This document shows, one piece after another, positions 49,832 to 60,797 of a DNA stretch of 64,000 nt; positions within the stretch are counted from its first letter, which is position 1; every line of letters begins with the position of its first letter. The notes under the pieces are model-generated. The model ran no database searches. It saw only the letters and a program-made list of their open reading frames with translations, and was not told the DNA's origin. The position numbers and the translations under genes were made by a program. Origin of the DNA: Syntrophales bacterium. GTDB lineage: Bacteria; Desulfobacterota; Syntrophia; Syntrophales; UBA2210. Location of the stretch: contig CAXXNF010000002.1 in the NCBI GenBank assembly GCA_963666365.2, forward strand, positions 1,856,001-1,920,000, written 5' to 3'.

Positions 49832-50797
49832 ATGAACATAGTTGAAATTACTCTTGATAATCTCAATGTTGACGCTTTCATCGAAGAGAAGGCCCGTGAA
49901 ATTTCATCAACCGTCGGCAACGGGTATGCCGTAAACGCGCTCTCCGGGGGAGTTGATTCGGCGGTGGTAACCATGCTTGGCCACAAAGCCCTCGGCAACC
50001 GTTTAAAATCATATTTTATCGACAGCGGCCTCATGCGGGAGGGCGAACCCCGGCAGATCGTCGACTGGTTTGCGGAACTGGGCATAATCGTGGAAATCGT
50101 GGATGCTCAAAAAGATTTTTTTGACGCCCTCAAAGGGAAAACGGACCCGGAAGAAAAACGGGAGGCCATTACACAAACCTTCTACAAACAGGTCTTCGGT
50201 GAACTTGTCAGAAAGAGCAATGCGAAATATCTCCTCCAGGGCACGAATTTTACCGACATAGAGGAAACAGTGGCAGGGGTAAAACGACAGCATAATATCT
50301 TAGAGCAATTGGGCATAGATCCGCAGGAACATTTCGGATACAAAGTCCTGGAACCGCTTATTGAAGTGAGAAAACCGGCCATACGACTTATAGGAAAGGC
50401 TGCAGGTCTGCAGAAGGAGATATACTCGCGTCCGCCCTTCCCCGGTCCCGCCCTGGCGGCCCGGGTTATCGGCGAGGTCACACCGGAACGGGTGGCTTTG
50501 GTACGAGCGGCAACAGTCATTGTGGAAGAAACACTTTCGCACTCCGGGGCATTCCAGTATCTCGCCATTTTACATGAGGAACGGGTAACGGGAGTACGGG
50601 ACGGCAAAAGGGATTTCGGCCTTCAGATCGAGATACGGTGCTGGGACAGTGAGGACGCCCTCACCGCCTCGCCCACAAGGCTCCCCTATGAAACGCTCGA
50701 ACAGATGGCTGACGAGATAGTAACGGCGGTTCCCGGTGTGGTCAGCGTCACCTACAATATTACGAGAAAGCCGCCCTCCACAATCGAACCCGTCTGA
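49832..50797 (+). CDS. GMP synthase ATP-pyrophosphatase subunit (no glutaminase domain)
   Basis: LSGGVDS PP-loop, IDSGLMREGE, DPEEKR, PFPGPALA and YNITRKPPSTIE. Confidence 0.88.
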   Translation: MNIVEITLDNLNVDAFIEEKAREISSTVGNGYAVNALSGGVDSAVVTMLGHKALGNRLKSYFIDSGLMREGEPRQIVDWFAELGIIVEIVDAQKDFFDALKGKTDPEEKREAITQTFYKQVFGELVRKSNAKYLLQGTNFTDIEETVAGVKRQHNILEQLGIDPQEHFGYKVLEPLIEVRKPAIRLIGKAAGLQKEIYSRPPFPGPALAARVIGEVTPERVALVRAATVIVEETLSHSGAFQYLAILHEERVTGVRDGKRDFGLQIEIRCWDSEDALTASPTRLPYETLEQMADEIVTAVPGVVSVTYNITRKPPSTIEPV

Positions 50798-50939
50798 TCC
50801 GTTTGAAACAACCGTGAGGGAAATGCACGCGCAAAATGACGCTGCCCGCACACATTCATTGTTCTTATGCAGGCGCCTTTGAGTGATAATTGAAAGAATA
50901 CGCAACTTCAGCACACACAGTATTGATTAGGAGGCAGTT

Positions 50940-51527
50940 ATGGGAAAGGAAACAGCGATGGTAATTCAGGATACGACGGCAAATCCGGCCCCTCTCGGAT
51001 TGATGGGCTTCGGCATGACCACGGTGTTGTTAAACATCCACAATGCCGGTTTTTTTCCATTGGACACAATGATTCTCGCCATGGGAATCTTTTACGGCGG
51101 TCTGGCCCAGGTTATTGCGGGAATCATGGAGTGGAAAAAGAATAACACCTTTGGCACAACGGCGTTCACTTCTTACGGTCTCTTCTGGCTGACCCTGGTG
51201 TTTCTTCTGTTGATGCCTAAGTTCGGATGGTGGAACGGCGCGACAGCAGGTGCAATGGCGGTGTACCTTTTTATGTGGGGACTTTTCACCTTGTTTATGT
51301 TCATCGGCACATTAAAACTGAACAGGGCGCTTCAGTTCGTGTTTTTCACCCTGACAGTGTTGTTCTTTCTCCTGGCTATCGGCGACGCCACGGGCAGCAC
51401 GGCGGTCACCCATCTGGCTGGTTACGAAGGAATCATTTGCGGATTATCGGCAATCTATGCCGCCATGGCCCAGGTCTTAAACGAGGTATACGGCAAGGTC
51501 GTGATGCCGATTGGACCGGTAAAATAG
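50940..51527 (+). CDS. satP: SatP/GPR1/FUN34/YaaH acetate transporter
   Basis: [15 protein letters not shown] signature and AFTSYGLFW. Confidence 0.92.
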   Translation: MGKETAMVIQDTTANPAPLGLMGFGMTTVLLNIHNAGFFPLDTMILAMGIFYGGLAQVIAGIMEWKKNNTFGTTAFTSYGLFWLTLVFLLLMPKFGWWNGATAGAMAVYLFMWGLFTLFMFIGTLKLNRALQFVFFTLTVLFFLLAIGDATGSTAVTHLAGYEGIICGLSAIYAAMAQVLNEVYGKVVMPIGPVK

Positions 51528-51605
51528 GATATCAGAACCGCTGCAAGGGGATGCAGGATTGAAGTTGCGTATATCTTTACCCTTATTTTCCTGTATGTCG
51601 TCGTC

Positions 51606-53243
51606 ATGACTGAAAGAAAAAAAGTGGCCGGCACTGTCGTCGACGTGCTGAACGAGCGCATTTACAAGGGTACGATCATTATTGAAAATGGCCGTATCGC
51701 CGACATCGTCCGCGGGGACAACAGAGGCAGCAGCGTTATTATCCCGGGATTTGTGGATTCGCACGTGCACATAGAAAGTTCCATGCTGCCGCCCTCAGAA
51801 TTTGCACGGGCCGCCACTCTTCACGGTGCCATCGCGGCCGTCTGTGATCCCCATGAGATCGCAAATGTCTGCGGAGTGGACGGCATTGATTACATGTGTA
51901 ACGATGCCGCCAGGGCGCCGATGAAGTTCTATTTCGGGGCGCCTTCCTGCGTCCCCGCCACCGATTTCGAAACCTCCGGCGCCTCTCTGGGTGCATCCGT
52001 CATAGAAACGCTGATGCAGCGAACAGACATATGGCATCTCGGCGAGGTGATGAACTATCCCGGCGTCATAAACGGCGATCCTTCGGTGCTTCGTAAAATA
52101 GAAAGCGCAGTGCAAGCGGGAAAACCCGTTGACGGTCATGCCCCGGGACTTACCGGCGTTGATCTTAGGAAATACGCTGGCGCCGGCATCACCACCAATC
52201 ATGAATGTCTGAGTGCTGAAGAGGCCCTGGCGGATATCAAGGCAGGCATAAAGGTTCAGATCCGTGAGGGTTCGGCAGCCAAACTGCTCGATCAATGTTT
52301 TCATCTTATCGACCTTCATACGGATCATTGCATGTTCTGCAGCGACGACAAGCATCCCGATGATCTGCAGCAGGGATACATAAACGACATGGTAAAAAGG
52401 TCCATTCAGGCGGGCATTGATCCACTGAAGGTGCTGAAAGTCGCCTCAGTCAATCCTGCGTTCCATTATGGACTTGATATGGGACTGCTGCGCGAAGGCG
52501 ATCCTGCCGATTTTCTCGAAATCGACGACCTCCGGCATTTGAATATTCTGAAAACATGGATCGGGGGATCGGTAGTTGCCAGTGAGGGAGTTTCCCTGAT
52601 TCCACGATCCAGTGCCAGATCTGTCAATCGGTTCAATGTCGCCACAAAAGCCCCCGAAGATTTTGTCATCCGAGGCAACGGAAACGTACTGCAGGTAATC
52701 ATTGCTCTGGACAGGCAGGTCTTTACCGAGAGAACATCTCTGGCACCCAGCCTTCATGGAGGCATGGTTGTTTCCGATCCCGCGCGCGACGTTTTGAAGC
52801 TTGCCGTGGTAAACCGTTATGCCGATGCGCCCGTGTCCATCGGATTTGTCAAAAATTTTGCCTTTCGTGAGGGCGCGATCGCCTCAAGCGTCGCCCACGA
52901 CTCTCATAATATCGTTGCCGTCGGCGTCAGTGACAGTGAAATCTCCAGGGCCGTAAACCTGATCATAAAAAACAGGGGGGGCATTTGCGCCGTCAGAGGT
53001 GAAGAAGAACGGATTCTGCCGCTTCCCGTTGCAGGACTTATGAGTAACGAGGACTATGGAACAGTGGCAAACAAGTACACTCTCCTCAATCGCATGGCCC
53101 AGAGCATGGGGACACAATTGAAGGCCCCTTTTATGACGCTCTCATTCATGTCGCTTCCGGTTATTCCTCGCCTTAAACTCACCGACAGAGGCCTCTTCGA
53201 CGGCGACGTCTTTCGCTACATCGATCTTCTGGACTCAATATGA
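51606..53243 (+). CDS. ade: Adenine deaminase
   Basis: Motifs PGFVDSHVHIESSM, DPHEIANV, DGHAPG, REGSAA and SSVAHDSHN. Confidence 0.93.
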   Translation: MTERKKVAGTVVDVLNERIYKGTIIIENGRIADIVRGDNRGSSVIIPGFVDSHVHIESSMLPPSEFARAATLHGAIAAVCDPHEIANVCGVDGIDYMCNDAARAPMKFYFGAPSCVPATDFETSGASLGASVIETLMQRTDIWHLGEVMNYPGVINGDPSVLRKIESAVQAGKPVDGHAPGLTGVDLRKYAGAGITTNHECLSAEEALADIKAGIKVQIREGSAAKLLDQCFHLIDLHTDHCMFCSDDKHPDDLQQGYINDMVKRSIQAGIDPLKVLKVASVNPAFHYGLDMGLLREGDPADFLEIDDLRHLNILKTWIGGSVVASEGVSLIPRSSARSVNRFNVATKAPEDFVIRGNGNVLQVIIALDRQVFTERTSLAPSLHGGMVVSDPARDVLKLAVVNRYADAPVSIGFVKNFAFREGAIASSVAHDSHNIVAVGVSDSEISRAVNLIIKNRGGICAVRGEEERILPLPVAGLMSNEDYGTVANKYTLLNRMAQSMGTQLKAPFMTLSFMSLPVIPRLKLTDRGLFDGDVFRYIDLLDSI

Positions 53244-53330
53244 ACAGCAATGAAAGTCATTTCGAAATTAAAGAAAAATCACTTTAGAAAAAGGTCCAAT
53301 CTGTCGATAAAGAATGTGTGACGCCTATAG

Positions 53331-54266
53331 GTGACAGCCATGACGGATAACATGATTCCCGCACGAAGGTCACAATTGCCTTTCTATAAAACCATTCCTC
53401 TCTTCATAGAGGGGAAAGAGAACGAGTATATCCTTTACAAACCCGCGGGAATCACAATTCAGGATATGCGTGTCGAGGAAAACAGACTGCCTCATGCACT
53501 CTTCATAAGGAGAGGAGACAAGATGCGAGGCATTCAGGAAACTCAAGAGGCTTTTAATCTACAGCTCATGTCCTATATGAAAACGGCAGAACCTGCAAGG
53601 ATAAAGGAAACCGTCGTGTCCATCGTGGAAGAAACGCTTTCAGAGCCTCGCAGCGGCAGTCTTGAAGGCATTGCGGGCACACTGGATATTCTCATAAGCG
53701 ATTACGCAAAGGAGTCCCGAATAGTCACCCACCTGTTGAGCATTTCCAGCAGCGATTATTCAACCATTATTCACTCAATCAACGTGATGGCCTTTGCATT
53801 GGGATTTGCCTTTCATTGCAAATTGAACTATTCCGAAACAAAAGCTCTCGGATTGAGTGCGCTTCTTCACGATACGGGAAAAACAAAAATTCCTCCCGAC
53901 ATATTGAAGGCGCCGCGAAAACTGACGGATGAAGAATTTCAAGTAATACAGCGTCATTCAATAATCGGCTATAACATCTTGAAGGAATGCCGTTTTACGG
54001 ATCCCTCCATATGCCTTGCCGCGCTGGAGCACCATGAAAAGCTTGACGGTTCCGGATATCCTGAAGGGAAAAAAAATCTTCACTTTTTTTCACAGGTCAT
54101 TGCCATCATTGACTGCTATGAAGCGCTTACCAACGACGATAGGCTCTATAGAAGCTCGATGCCGCCGATTAAGGCCCTGGACATTCTCAAAAATGATGTC
54201 GAAAAAGGAAAATTCGATAAAAATATCTTCAAGGATTTTGCCTACAGCCTCGTGAGAGACCACTGA
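53331..54266 (+). CDS. HD-GYP domain protein (c-di-GMP phosphodiesterase-like)
   Basis: Motifs HSINV, LHDTGK and HHEKLDGSGYP. Confidence 0.9.
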   Translation: MTAMTDNMIPARRSQLPFYKTIPLFIEGKENEYILYKPAGITIQDMRVEENRLPHALFIRRGDKMRGIQETQEAFNLQLMSYMKTAEPARIKETVVSIVEETLSEPRSGSLEGIAGTLDILISDYAKESRIVTHLLSISSSDYSTIIHSINVMAFALGFAFHCKLNYSETKALGLSALLHDTGKTKIPPDILKAPRKLTDEEFQVIQRHSIIGYNILKECRFTDPSICLAALEHHEKLDGSGYPEGKKNLHFFSQVIAIIDCYEALTNDDRLYRSSMPPIKALDILKNDVEKGKFDKNIFKDFAYSLVRDH

Positions 54267-54468
54267 CACGCAGCCCTTCTTTTCAAAGCTTTGTCACATT
54301 CCTTCCGGACCATTATTCCGCTGCGCTGCGACCGTTAAAATTTTGTAAAGGGATTGTTGTTCAGCCTTTCTCCGCCATGTCGAAAAAAAACTTTATCAAA
54401 AATATGCATTAATATGATAATAAGACACTGTCAATCATGAGAAATAAGTGCGGAAAGGAGCACACGCA

Positions 54469-55158
54469 ATGTCAAAGGGATCCCTGGCCCGCTGCACGCA
54501 GTGTACCGTACCACCGAGCGAGAGATGTTGCCTTAACCCGAAGGGAAAAGGAGCTCCTGGGTGTCCCACCCTAACGAAAAAGGGATGTCATGAGCAATCC
54601 CTTGAAGCATATGATGATGAAAAGGTAAGAGAGTTTGCCCGACAGGCTTCTATCCAGGAGAGTACCTGCTACGAGGGCAGAAATCAACAGCCCTATGTGC
54701 TGCATCCTTCAAAACCCCGCATTCAGGAAATATGTGAATTCGCCCATCGCATGGAATATCGCCGTCTGGGTCTGGTGTATTGTGTCGGATTAGCGGCGGA
54801 AGCGGCCATCGTCGATCGTATTCTGCAGGTGCAGGGGTTCGAGGTCGTCTCCGTATGGTGTAAAGTAGGGTCAGTGCCGAAAGAACGCATCGGCATTAAA
54901 GAGGAAGAAAAAATTTATATCGGCCGCTATGAAACGATGTGTAACCCTATCATGCAGGCGAAAATAGTCAACGACGCGCAGACGGATTTCAACATCGCCC
55001 TCGGTCTCTGCGTTGGCCATGATTCACTTTTTTTTAAGTATGCCGAGGCACCGACGACAGTGCTTGCCGCCAAGGACCGCGTACTGGCCCATAACCCTCT
55101 CGGCGCCTTGTACTCGTCGGGAAGCTACTATGCACGGCTTATGCGGAAAGGATTTTGA
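54469..55158 (+). CDS. DUF1847-type Cys-rich metal-binding protein
   Basis: Motifs RIQE, CVGL, CKVG, MCNP and GLCVGHDSLF. Confidence 0.8.
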   Translation: MSKGSLARCTQCTVPPSERCCLNPKGKGAPGCPTLTKKGCHEQSLEAYDDEKVREFARQASIQESTCYEGRNQQPYVLHPSKPRIQEICEFAHRMEYRRLGLVYCVGLAAEAAIVDRILQVQGFEVVSVWCKVGSVPKERIGIKEEEKIYIGRYETMCNPIMQAKIVNDAQTDFNIALGLCVGHDSLFFKYAEAPTTVLAAKDRVLAHNPLGALYSSGSYYARLMRKGF

Positions 55159-55320
55159 CCGTGATGTGTGCAGACCCGCCTACTGTTTGATGAAGTATAT
55201 CAAACAATTCAGTGCTATTTTATTAAAGACAGCACACCAATCATATGGTAGAACAAAAAAACGATGGAGTGAGCAAAGCAGCACTAATGACCGCACCGAG
55301 AGGTTTCTAAGGAGAACTCT

Positions 55321-56160
55321 ATGATAATCCGATGTTGGGGCGCCAGGGGTTCTATTCCAGTCTCTGGGAAACAGTATATAAAATATGGCGGCGATACCAC
55401 ATGTCTTGAAATAAGAACCATAGACGACAACATACTTATAGTAGATTCCGGAACAGGAATTCGTAGACTCGGCAATCGTCTTATTCAGGAAAACCGTCTT
55501 TCATTGCACCTGCTGTTTACCCATTCCCACTGGGATCACTTGATGGGATTTCCTTTCTTTAAACCCATATATATGGAAGAGGCCTCCATCACCTTGTACG
55601 GATGTCCCTTTCACCATTCCTCGATAAGGGAATTCGTATCCAATGTCATGACCTTTCCTCACTTCCCCGCTGAATACAGCAGTCTTCGTTCCTCCATATC
55701 CTACCAGGAACTCTGCAGTGGCGGTTTTTCCATCGGAGCCGTGACTGTCTTCCCCATTATGTTGAGCCATCCCAATAACGGAGTCGGATATAAGTTTATT
55801 GAAGGGAATAAATCATTCATTTTTCTCACTGATAACGAATTAGGATACACCCATCCGGGAGGCATGAAATACTCGGATTATTGTGATTTCTCATCAGGAG
55901 CTGATCTGCTTGTTCACGATGCCGAATTTACCTTCGAAGAATACGAAAAGACAAAAAGTTGGGGGCACAGTGTGTACACCGAGGCGTTAAATCTCGCACT
56001 GGACTCCGGTGTGAAGCAATTCGGCCTCTTCCATCACAATCAGGACAGAACCGACGAAGAGATTGATGGCATGGTAGACGCCTGCCGCCGCATTGTGGGT
56101 GAACGGAAATCATCGCTCGAATGTTTCGCCCTGTCACAGGACATGGAAATAGTCCTGTAA
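55321..56160 (+). CDS. Metallo-beta-lactamase-fold hydrolase
   Basis: Motifs WGARGSIP, YGGDTTC, THSHWDH, TDNE and WGHS. Confidence 0.9.
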   Translation: MIIRCWGARGSIPVSGKQYIKYGGDTTCLEIRTIDDNILIVDSGTGIRRLGNRLIQENRLSLHLLFTHSHWDHLMGFPFFKPIYMEEASITLYGCPFHHSSIREFVSNVMTFPHFPAEYSSLRSSISYQELCSGGFSIGAVTVFPIMLSHPNNGVGYKFIEGNKSFIFLTDNELGYTHPGGMKYSDYCDFSSGADLLVHDAEFTFEEYEKTKSWGHSVYTEALNLALDSGVKQFGLFHHNQDRTDEEIDGMVDACRRIVGERKSSLECFALSQDMEIVL

Positions 56161-56196
56161 TTCACAATTCAACCTTAAAGAAAAGGAAACTCCACA

Positions 56197-56730
56197 ATGT
56201 GTACCACTGATACAACTGTGCTGATCGTGATTGATCTTCAGGAAAAGCTTGTCCATGCGATGCATGACAGCGCCTTTGTCATCGAAAACCTCCAAAAGCT
56301 CATAGAGGGAGCCTGCATCCTGGGAATACCCCTGATCGCAACGGAGCAGATCAATTTAGGCCCCACGATTTCCGGCATAGCAGATCATTTCAGAGGAATC
56401 ACGCCCATTCAGAAACGAAGCTTCAGTTGCTGCGGCGAGGCAGACTTCATGCAGGCACTTCAAAGGGACAACCGTCGCCACGCGCTCATTGCAGGAATCG
56501 AGTGTCATATCTGCGTATATCAAACCGCCGTCGATCTTGTACGCCTGGGCTATGAAGTCCAGGTCGTCGCCGATTGCGTCTCCTCGCGGACCGAGATGAA
56601 TCGCGCAATCGGGCTTGCAAGGATGCAATCCGAAGGCGTTCGGATCTCTTCTACGGAAATGGCCTTGTTTGAGCTTTTAAAGGTTGCCCAGGGTGAAGGA
56701 ATTCGTCAAATAAGCAGATTGGTCAAATAA
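56197..56730 (+). CDS. Isochorismatase-family hydrolase
   Basis: Motifs IDLQEKL, TEQ, KRSFSC and GIECHICVYQT. Confidence 0.9.
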   Translation: MCTTDTTVLIVIDLQEKLVHAMHDSAFVIENLQKLIEGACILGIPLIATEQINLGPTISGIADHFRGITPIQKRSFSCCGEADFMQALQRDNRRHALIAGIECHICVYQTAVDLVRLGYEVQVVADCVSSRTEMNRAIGLARMQSEGVRISSTEMALFELLKVAQGEGIRQISRLVK

Positions 56731-56737
56731 GAATATC

Positions 56738-57595
56738 ATGCCCGGTTTCTGGACTTCCGTTGCGCTGATCGGCGTACTTTGCGCCACATTTCTTGCGGGG
56801 AGGCGTCTCTATAAAAATGAAAAACGCAGACGCATCATTGCGGCGCCCTTTCCCGACAGCTGGGAACGGACCCTCCTGAAAAACGTATCACTTTACAGAA
56901 AAGTCCCACCGGCACTCCGTGAGAGGCTCAGAAACAGCATCAAACTCTTTATTGCGGAAAAACGCTTCGAAGGCTGCAACGGCCTTGTCGTTACGGAAGA
57001 GATACGGGTTACCATTGCGGGACAGGCCTGCCTGCTACTCATGAACAGACCGAATAAAAACTATCCGGGCCTCACCTCAATACTGGTATACCCCAGCGCC
57101 TACCTTGCCCAGGGAAGGATGCACCTTGAGGGGGGCGCCTATGTGGAAGGGCCCCAGATCCGCGCGGGAGAATCGTGGACAAGAGGCGTTGTCGTCCTAG
57201 CCTGGGATCACGTACAAAAAGAATCCTCAAGAATCTACGGCGGAAAAAACGTAGTCCTCCATGAATTCGCCCATCAACTGGATCAGGAAGACGGAATTGC
57301 AAACGGCGTCCCTGTTCTTTCCGATCAGTCGCGCTACGCATCCTGGAGTGCGGTATTTCAGAATAATTTTCAAAAACTGCGAACCCGTGCGTATCAGGAA
57401 GACACACTCCTTGACGAGTACGGGACGCTGAACCCCGCCGAATTCTTCGCCGTTGCCACAGAAGCCTTTTTTAAAAAACCTTTTGAAATGAAAATAGAGA
57501 AACCCGACCTTTACGCAGAATTGAAGGAGTACTATCGGATTGATCCCGCCGAGTGGCTTGAAGCAGAAAAAGAGGGCGAACATCCCTTGCCGTAG
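56738..57595 (+). CDS. MtfA/peptidase M90-family zinc protein
   Basis: Motifs ILVYP, GESW, NVVLHEFAHQLD and NPAEFFAVATEAFF. Confidence 0.88.
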   Translation: MPGFWTSVALIGVLCATFLAGRRLYKNEKRRRIIAAPFPDSWERTLLKNVSLYRKVPPALRERLRNSIKLFIAEKRFEGCNGLVVTEEIRVTIAGQACLLLMNRPNKNYPGLTSILVYPSAYLAQGRMHLEGGAYVEGPQIRAGESWTRGVVVLAWDHVQKESSRIYGGKNVVLHEFAHQLDQEDGIANGVPVLSDQSRYASWSAVFQNNFQKLRTRAYQEDTLLDEYGTLNPAEFFAVATEAFFKKPFEMKIEKPDLYAELKEYYRIDPAEWLEAEKEGEHPLP

Positions 57596-57690
57596 GGTGC
57601 GCGCCCTCTGCAATCGGTCCTTTTGTCAATCACTTATGCCGAAGGCATTTTCATGGCAATAGCACTCTGCAGCAACCATCTACTCCTACA

Positions 57691-59040
57691 TTATTTCCTC
57701 AATTGAGCCGGTGATCGATAATTTGCCGGGTCGATGTAGCGATCGTATATTTCCTTGTCCACTTTAGGCGCCGCAATCCATACGATTTTACCGTTTTCCT
57801 GATACTGTGCCACGGGAAGCATAAAATAGCCCGGCAGCATTTTATAGGGGTTTCGAGGATCACACATGAGACGGGAATGAAAAAAGGGCTTGATTCTCTG
57901 CACCTGATATTTCATCCTTCCCAGCGAATAGGTTGTCTGGACCTCCTCCATTGCCCTTATTATCGCATCGATATCATCGGTCCCCTCGGCCCACTCTATG
58001 GCAGCTTTAATATGATAGATATCGGCATAGGCAAGATGCACATGAATCTGTGAAGGAATGCCCTGCATGCGCGCCTTTGCAATAAAAGGGAGCGTTTTTT
58101 CCGTATAGGCAATATTTCCCTCAAAAAAGGGAGTAATTACGCCGGCCGCCTTTCCGCCGGTCATATCCCAGAATCCGTGGGTCTGCGAAACACCGCCATA
58201 AAGGATAATCGGCAGATCCCGTGCCGCTGAATCATGCCATTGTTTGGTAAAGGTTTCCGTGTCGGTAAACCAAGAGCTTACGTAAAAGATGACCTCGGCC
58301 TTTTTTGCCGCAATTTGCTGGAGGATCGGAAGATACATGGTCCCTCGCGGTTTTACCGCCTTACTGTAGACCACCTCCAGGCCGTACTTTTCTTTCGCCA
58401 CCTCTTCCCAGGGTGGAAGCGTTTGGTCTCCCAGTTTCAGTCCCTTACGCCATCCCTCCGTCCAGGTCAGATCCTCCCAGAGAATGGCAATCCGCTTTGC
58501 CTTTATGGTAGACTTGACGACCTGACCAAACACGGTTTCAAGCCACGCATAATGCGAAGCGGCATCCCAGTCACGAAAACTGAATTTGAATTTATCATAG
58601 TCGTCAACCACGCGATCCGTCAACTCAGGGGCCATTGGTCCATTAAAAATCATAATATGGGGATACTGTTTAAAGAGCACTGCGGAATTTTCCTGAGCTG
58701 CAAGACATATCTCCGAGCGTCCCTCAACGGTAATGAAATCTGCTTTATCTTCGATAATAAGTCTTCGGGCGCCTTCGACAGTCTGGGATGTTCCCCCTTT
58801 TCCATCGACAATAATAAATTTGACGGGACGCCCCAATATGCCGCCGCCCTTATTAATTTCTTCAACGGCAAATTTCTGAATTTCCATGTTCGGTCTTGTC
58901 CCCGGTGAAGTCACATCGCCGATATAGCCTATCACAATGGGCTTACCGGTCAAGGTCGCAAAGGCGGACGGCGAACACGCACAGAACGCTATTCCGGCAA
59001 TCGCAAGAAGCACCACACCGATCCTCAGTCTCATCATCAT
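57691..59040 (-). CDS. ABC transporter substrate-binding protein (LivK-like), copy 2
   Basis: Signal peptide and EEINKGGGILGRPV. Paralogue of 59141-60508. Start ATG 59040. Confidence 0.85.
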   Translation of the reverse strand: MMMRLRIGVVLLAIAGIAFCACSPSAFATLTGKPIVIGYIGDVTSPGTRPNMEIQKFAVEEINKGGGILGRPVKFIIVDGKGGTSQTVEGARRLIIEDKADFITVEGRSEICLAAQENSAVLFKQYPHIMIFNGPMAPELTDRVVDDYDKFKFSFRDWDAASHYAWLETVFGQVVKSTIKAKRIAILWEDLTWTEGWRKGLKLGDQTLPPWEEVAKEKYGLEVVYSKAVKPRGTMYLPILQQIAAKKAEVIFYVSSWFTDTETFTKQWHDSAARDLPIILYGGVSQTHGFWDMTGGKAAGVITPFFEGNIAYTEKTLPFIAKARMQGIPSQIHVHLAYADIYHIKAAIEWAEGTDDIDAIIRAMEEVQTTYSLGRMKYQVQRIKPFFHSRLMCDPRNPYKMLPGYFMLPVAQYQENGKIVWIAAPKVDKEIYDRYIDPANYRSPAQLRK

Positions 59041-59140
59041 AGATCCTCTCCTTTTCCAGATCACCCCATAATGAAGGAGCGCTCCGACACCATAGTCGGA
59101 GCGCCCCGCAATCATTAATGAGACACTCATCCCTTAACCG

Positions 59141-60508
59141 TTACTTTCCGCGCTTTCTCAGCTCAGCGGGATAGACATAGTCCGTCGGTGCGCCTATACC
59201 CTTGTACTTGGGCTCGTTTTCCTCGCAGGAAGCGCCCAGATACTGGATTTTTCCGTCATTCTGGAACTGAGCCATCGGCTGATAGAACACGCCGGGAATG
59301 GTCTTCGTCATCGGGTCGGAGAGATCAATCCTTACCTTTGAATGGAAGTAGGGTTTGACCTTCTGCGTCTCATAGGCCATTTTACCCAGCGAATAGGTGG
59401 TTTCCGTCGACTCCATCGATTTGATCAGCTTTTCTATATCATCGATGCCGCCGGCGTTTTCAATCACCTTCTTGAAGAAATAAATGTCGGCGTAGGCGAG
59501 ATGTACGTGAATCTGCGTGGGAATGTTATGCTTTTTCGCCAGTTTCACAAAGGGAATCGTTGCCTCGGTAAGCGGCAATTCACATTCGGTAAAGGAAGTG
59601 ACCACTCCAAGGGCCTTTCCGCCGGTCATTTTCCAGAAATCACTCGTCTGGGCAACGCCTCCGTAAAGGTTGACGGGAATGTCCCGTGCCGCCGAATCGC
59701 ACCACTGTTTGGTGAAGGATTCCGTATCGGTGAACCATGAACTGATATAGAGAATTACCTGTGCCTTTTTCATGGCGATCTGCTGCAGGAGCGGCATGTA
59801 CATGGTCCCTCTCGGTTTAACCGCCTTACTGTATACCACCTTAATGCCGTGTTGCTTCTCCAGCATTTCTTCCCAGGGGGGCATCTTCATATAATCGATA
59901 CCTACTCTCCACTGGTGCGTCCAGGCAAGATCTTCCCAGAGGAATGCCATGCGCTTGATACCCGGAAACATCTTCGGCCAGGTCTTCCCCCAGAAATAAT
60001 TCATCTGAGGATAATGGGCCGGCTCAGGATCCCAGTCACGAAAACAGAATTTGTACTTGTCATATTCGTCAAGCACCCGTGCCGTGAGTTCGGCGCCCAT
60101 GGGGCCGTTAAACACGAGAATGTGGGGGTAATCCCTGAACATGGCCGCTGAATTTTCCTGGGCGGCAAGACAAATTTCCGTGCGTCCTTCCACGGAAATG
60201 AACTTCGCCTTGTTTTCGAGCAAGAGCCGCCGCGCGCCCTCCACCGTGAGTGACGTGTCGCCCTTGTTATCTGCCACCACATACTTCACGGGACGTCCCA
60301 GAATACCCCCCGCCTGGTTGATTTCCTCAACCGCTATTTTCTGAATGTCCATACAGGGTCTCGTCCCCGGAGAGAGGATCATTCCCACATATCCTATCAC
60401 TATGGGCTCTCCCGAGGGAGCAGCGGCAATCGCCGGCGGTGCGAATATCATGACCGCCATCGACAGTGCTGCTACGACATACACACCTAATCTCAATCTT
60501 CTTACCAT
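59141..60508 (-). CDS. ABC transporter substrate-binding protein (LivK-like), copy 1
   Basis: Signal peptide and EEINQAGGILGRPV. Start ATG 60508. Confidence 0.85.
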   Translation of the reverse strand: MVRRLRLGVYVVAALSMAVMIFAPPAIAAAPSGEPIVIGYVGMILSPGTRPCMDIQKIAVEEINQAGGILGRPVKYVVADNKGDTSLTVEGARRLLLENKAKFISVEGRTEICLAAQENSAAMFRDYPHILVFNGPMGAELTARVLDEYDKYKFCFRDWDPEPAHYPQMNYFWGKTWPKMFPGIKRMAFLWEDLAWTHQWRVGIDYMKMPPWEEMLEKQHGIKVVYSKAVKPRGTMYMPLLQQIAMKKAQVILYISSWFTDTESFTKQWCDSAARDIPVNLYGGVAQTSDFWKMTGGKALGVVTSFTECELPLTEATIPFVKLAKKHNIPTQIHVHLAYADIYFFKKVIENAGGIDDIEKLIKSMESTETTYSLGKMAYETQKVKPYFHSKVRIDLSDPMTKTIPGVFYQPMAQFQNDGKIQYLGASCEENEPKYKGIGAPTDYVYPAELRKRGK

Positions 60509-60797
60509 ATACCTTTCCCTCCTTTCATGATTGCATGCACCGTTCTCTATTATTACTTCCTCATTGTGTAATGGAACAGACACAGAGGCTTACGCATACC
60601 ATGGATGTGCAACCCGCACATACACGCCACTATTCGGAACACTGCACCTTTGCATCACAGGTGGATTCACGCCGCGGAAAAACAATTAAAAAAACCCCCA
60701 TTTTTTATCATGTTTCTTTATTCGTAACAAGCTTAGCCCTCTGCTGTCAAGTAAATTATATATTTGAAGACACTTTGGGCACTGGCGCATTATGCAC

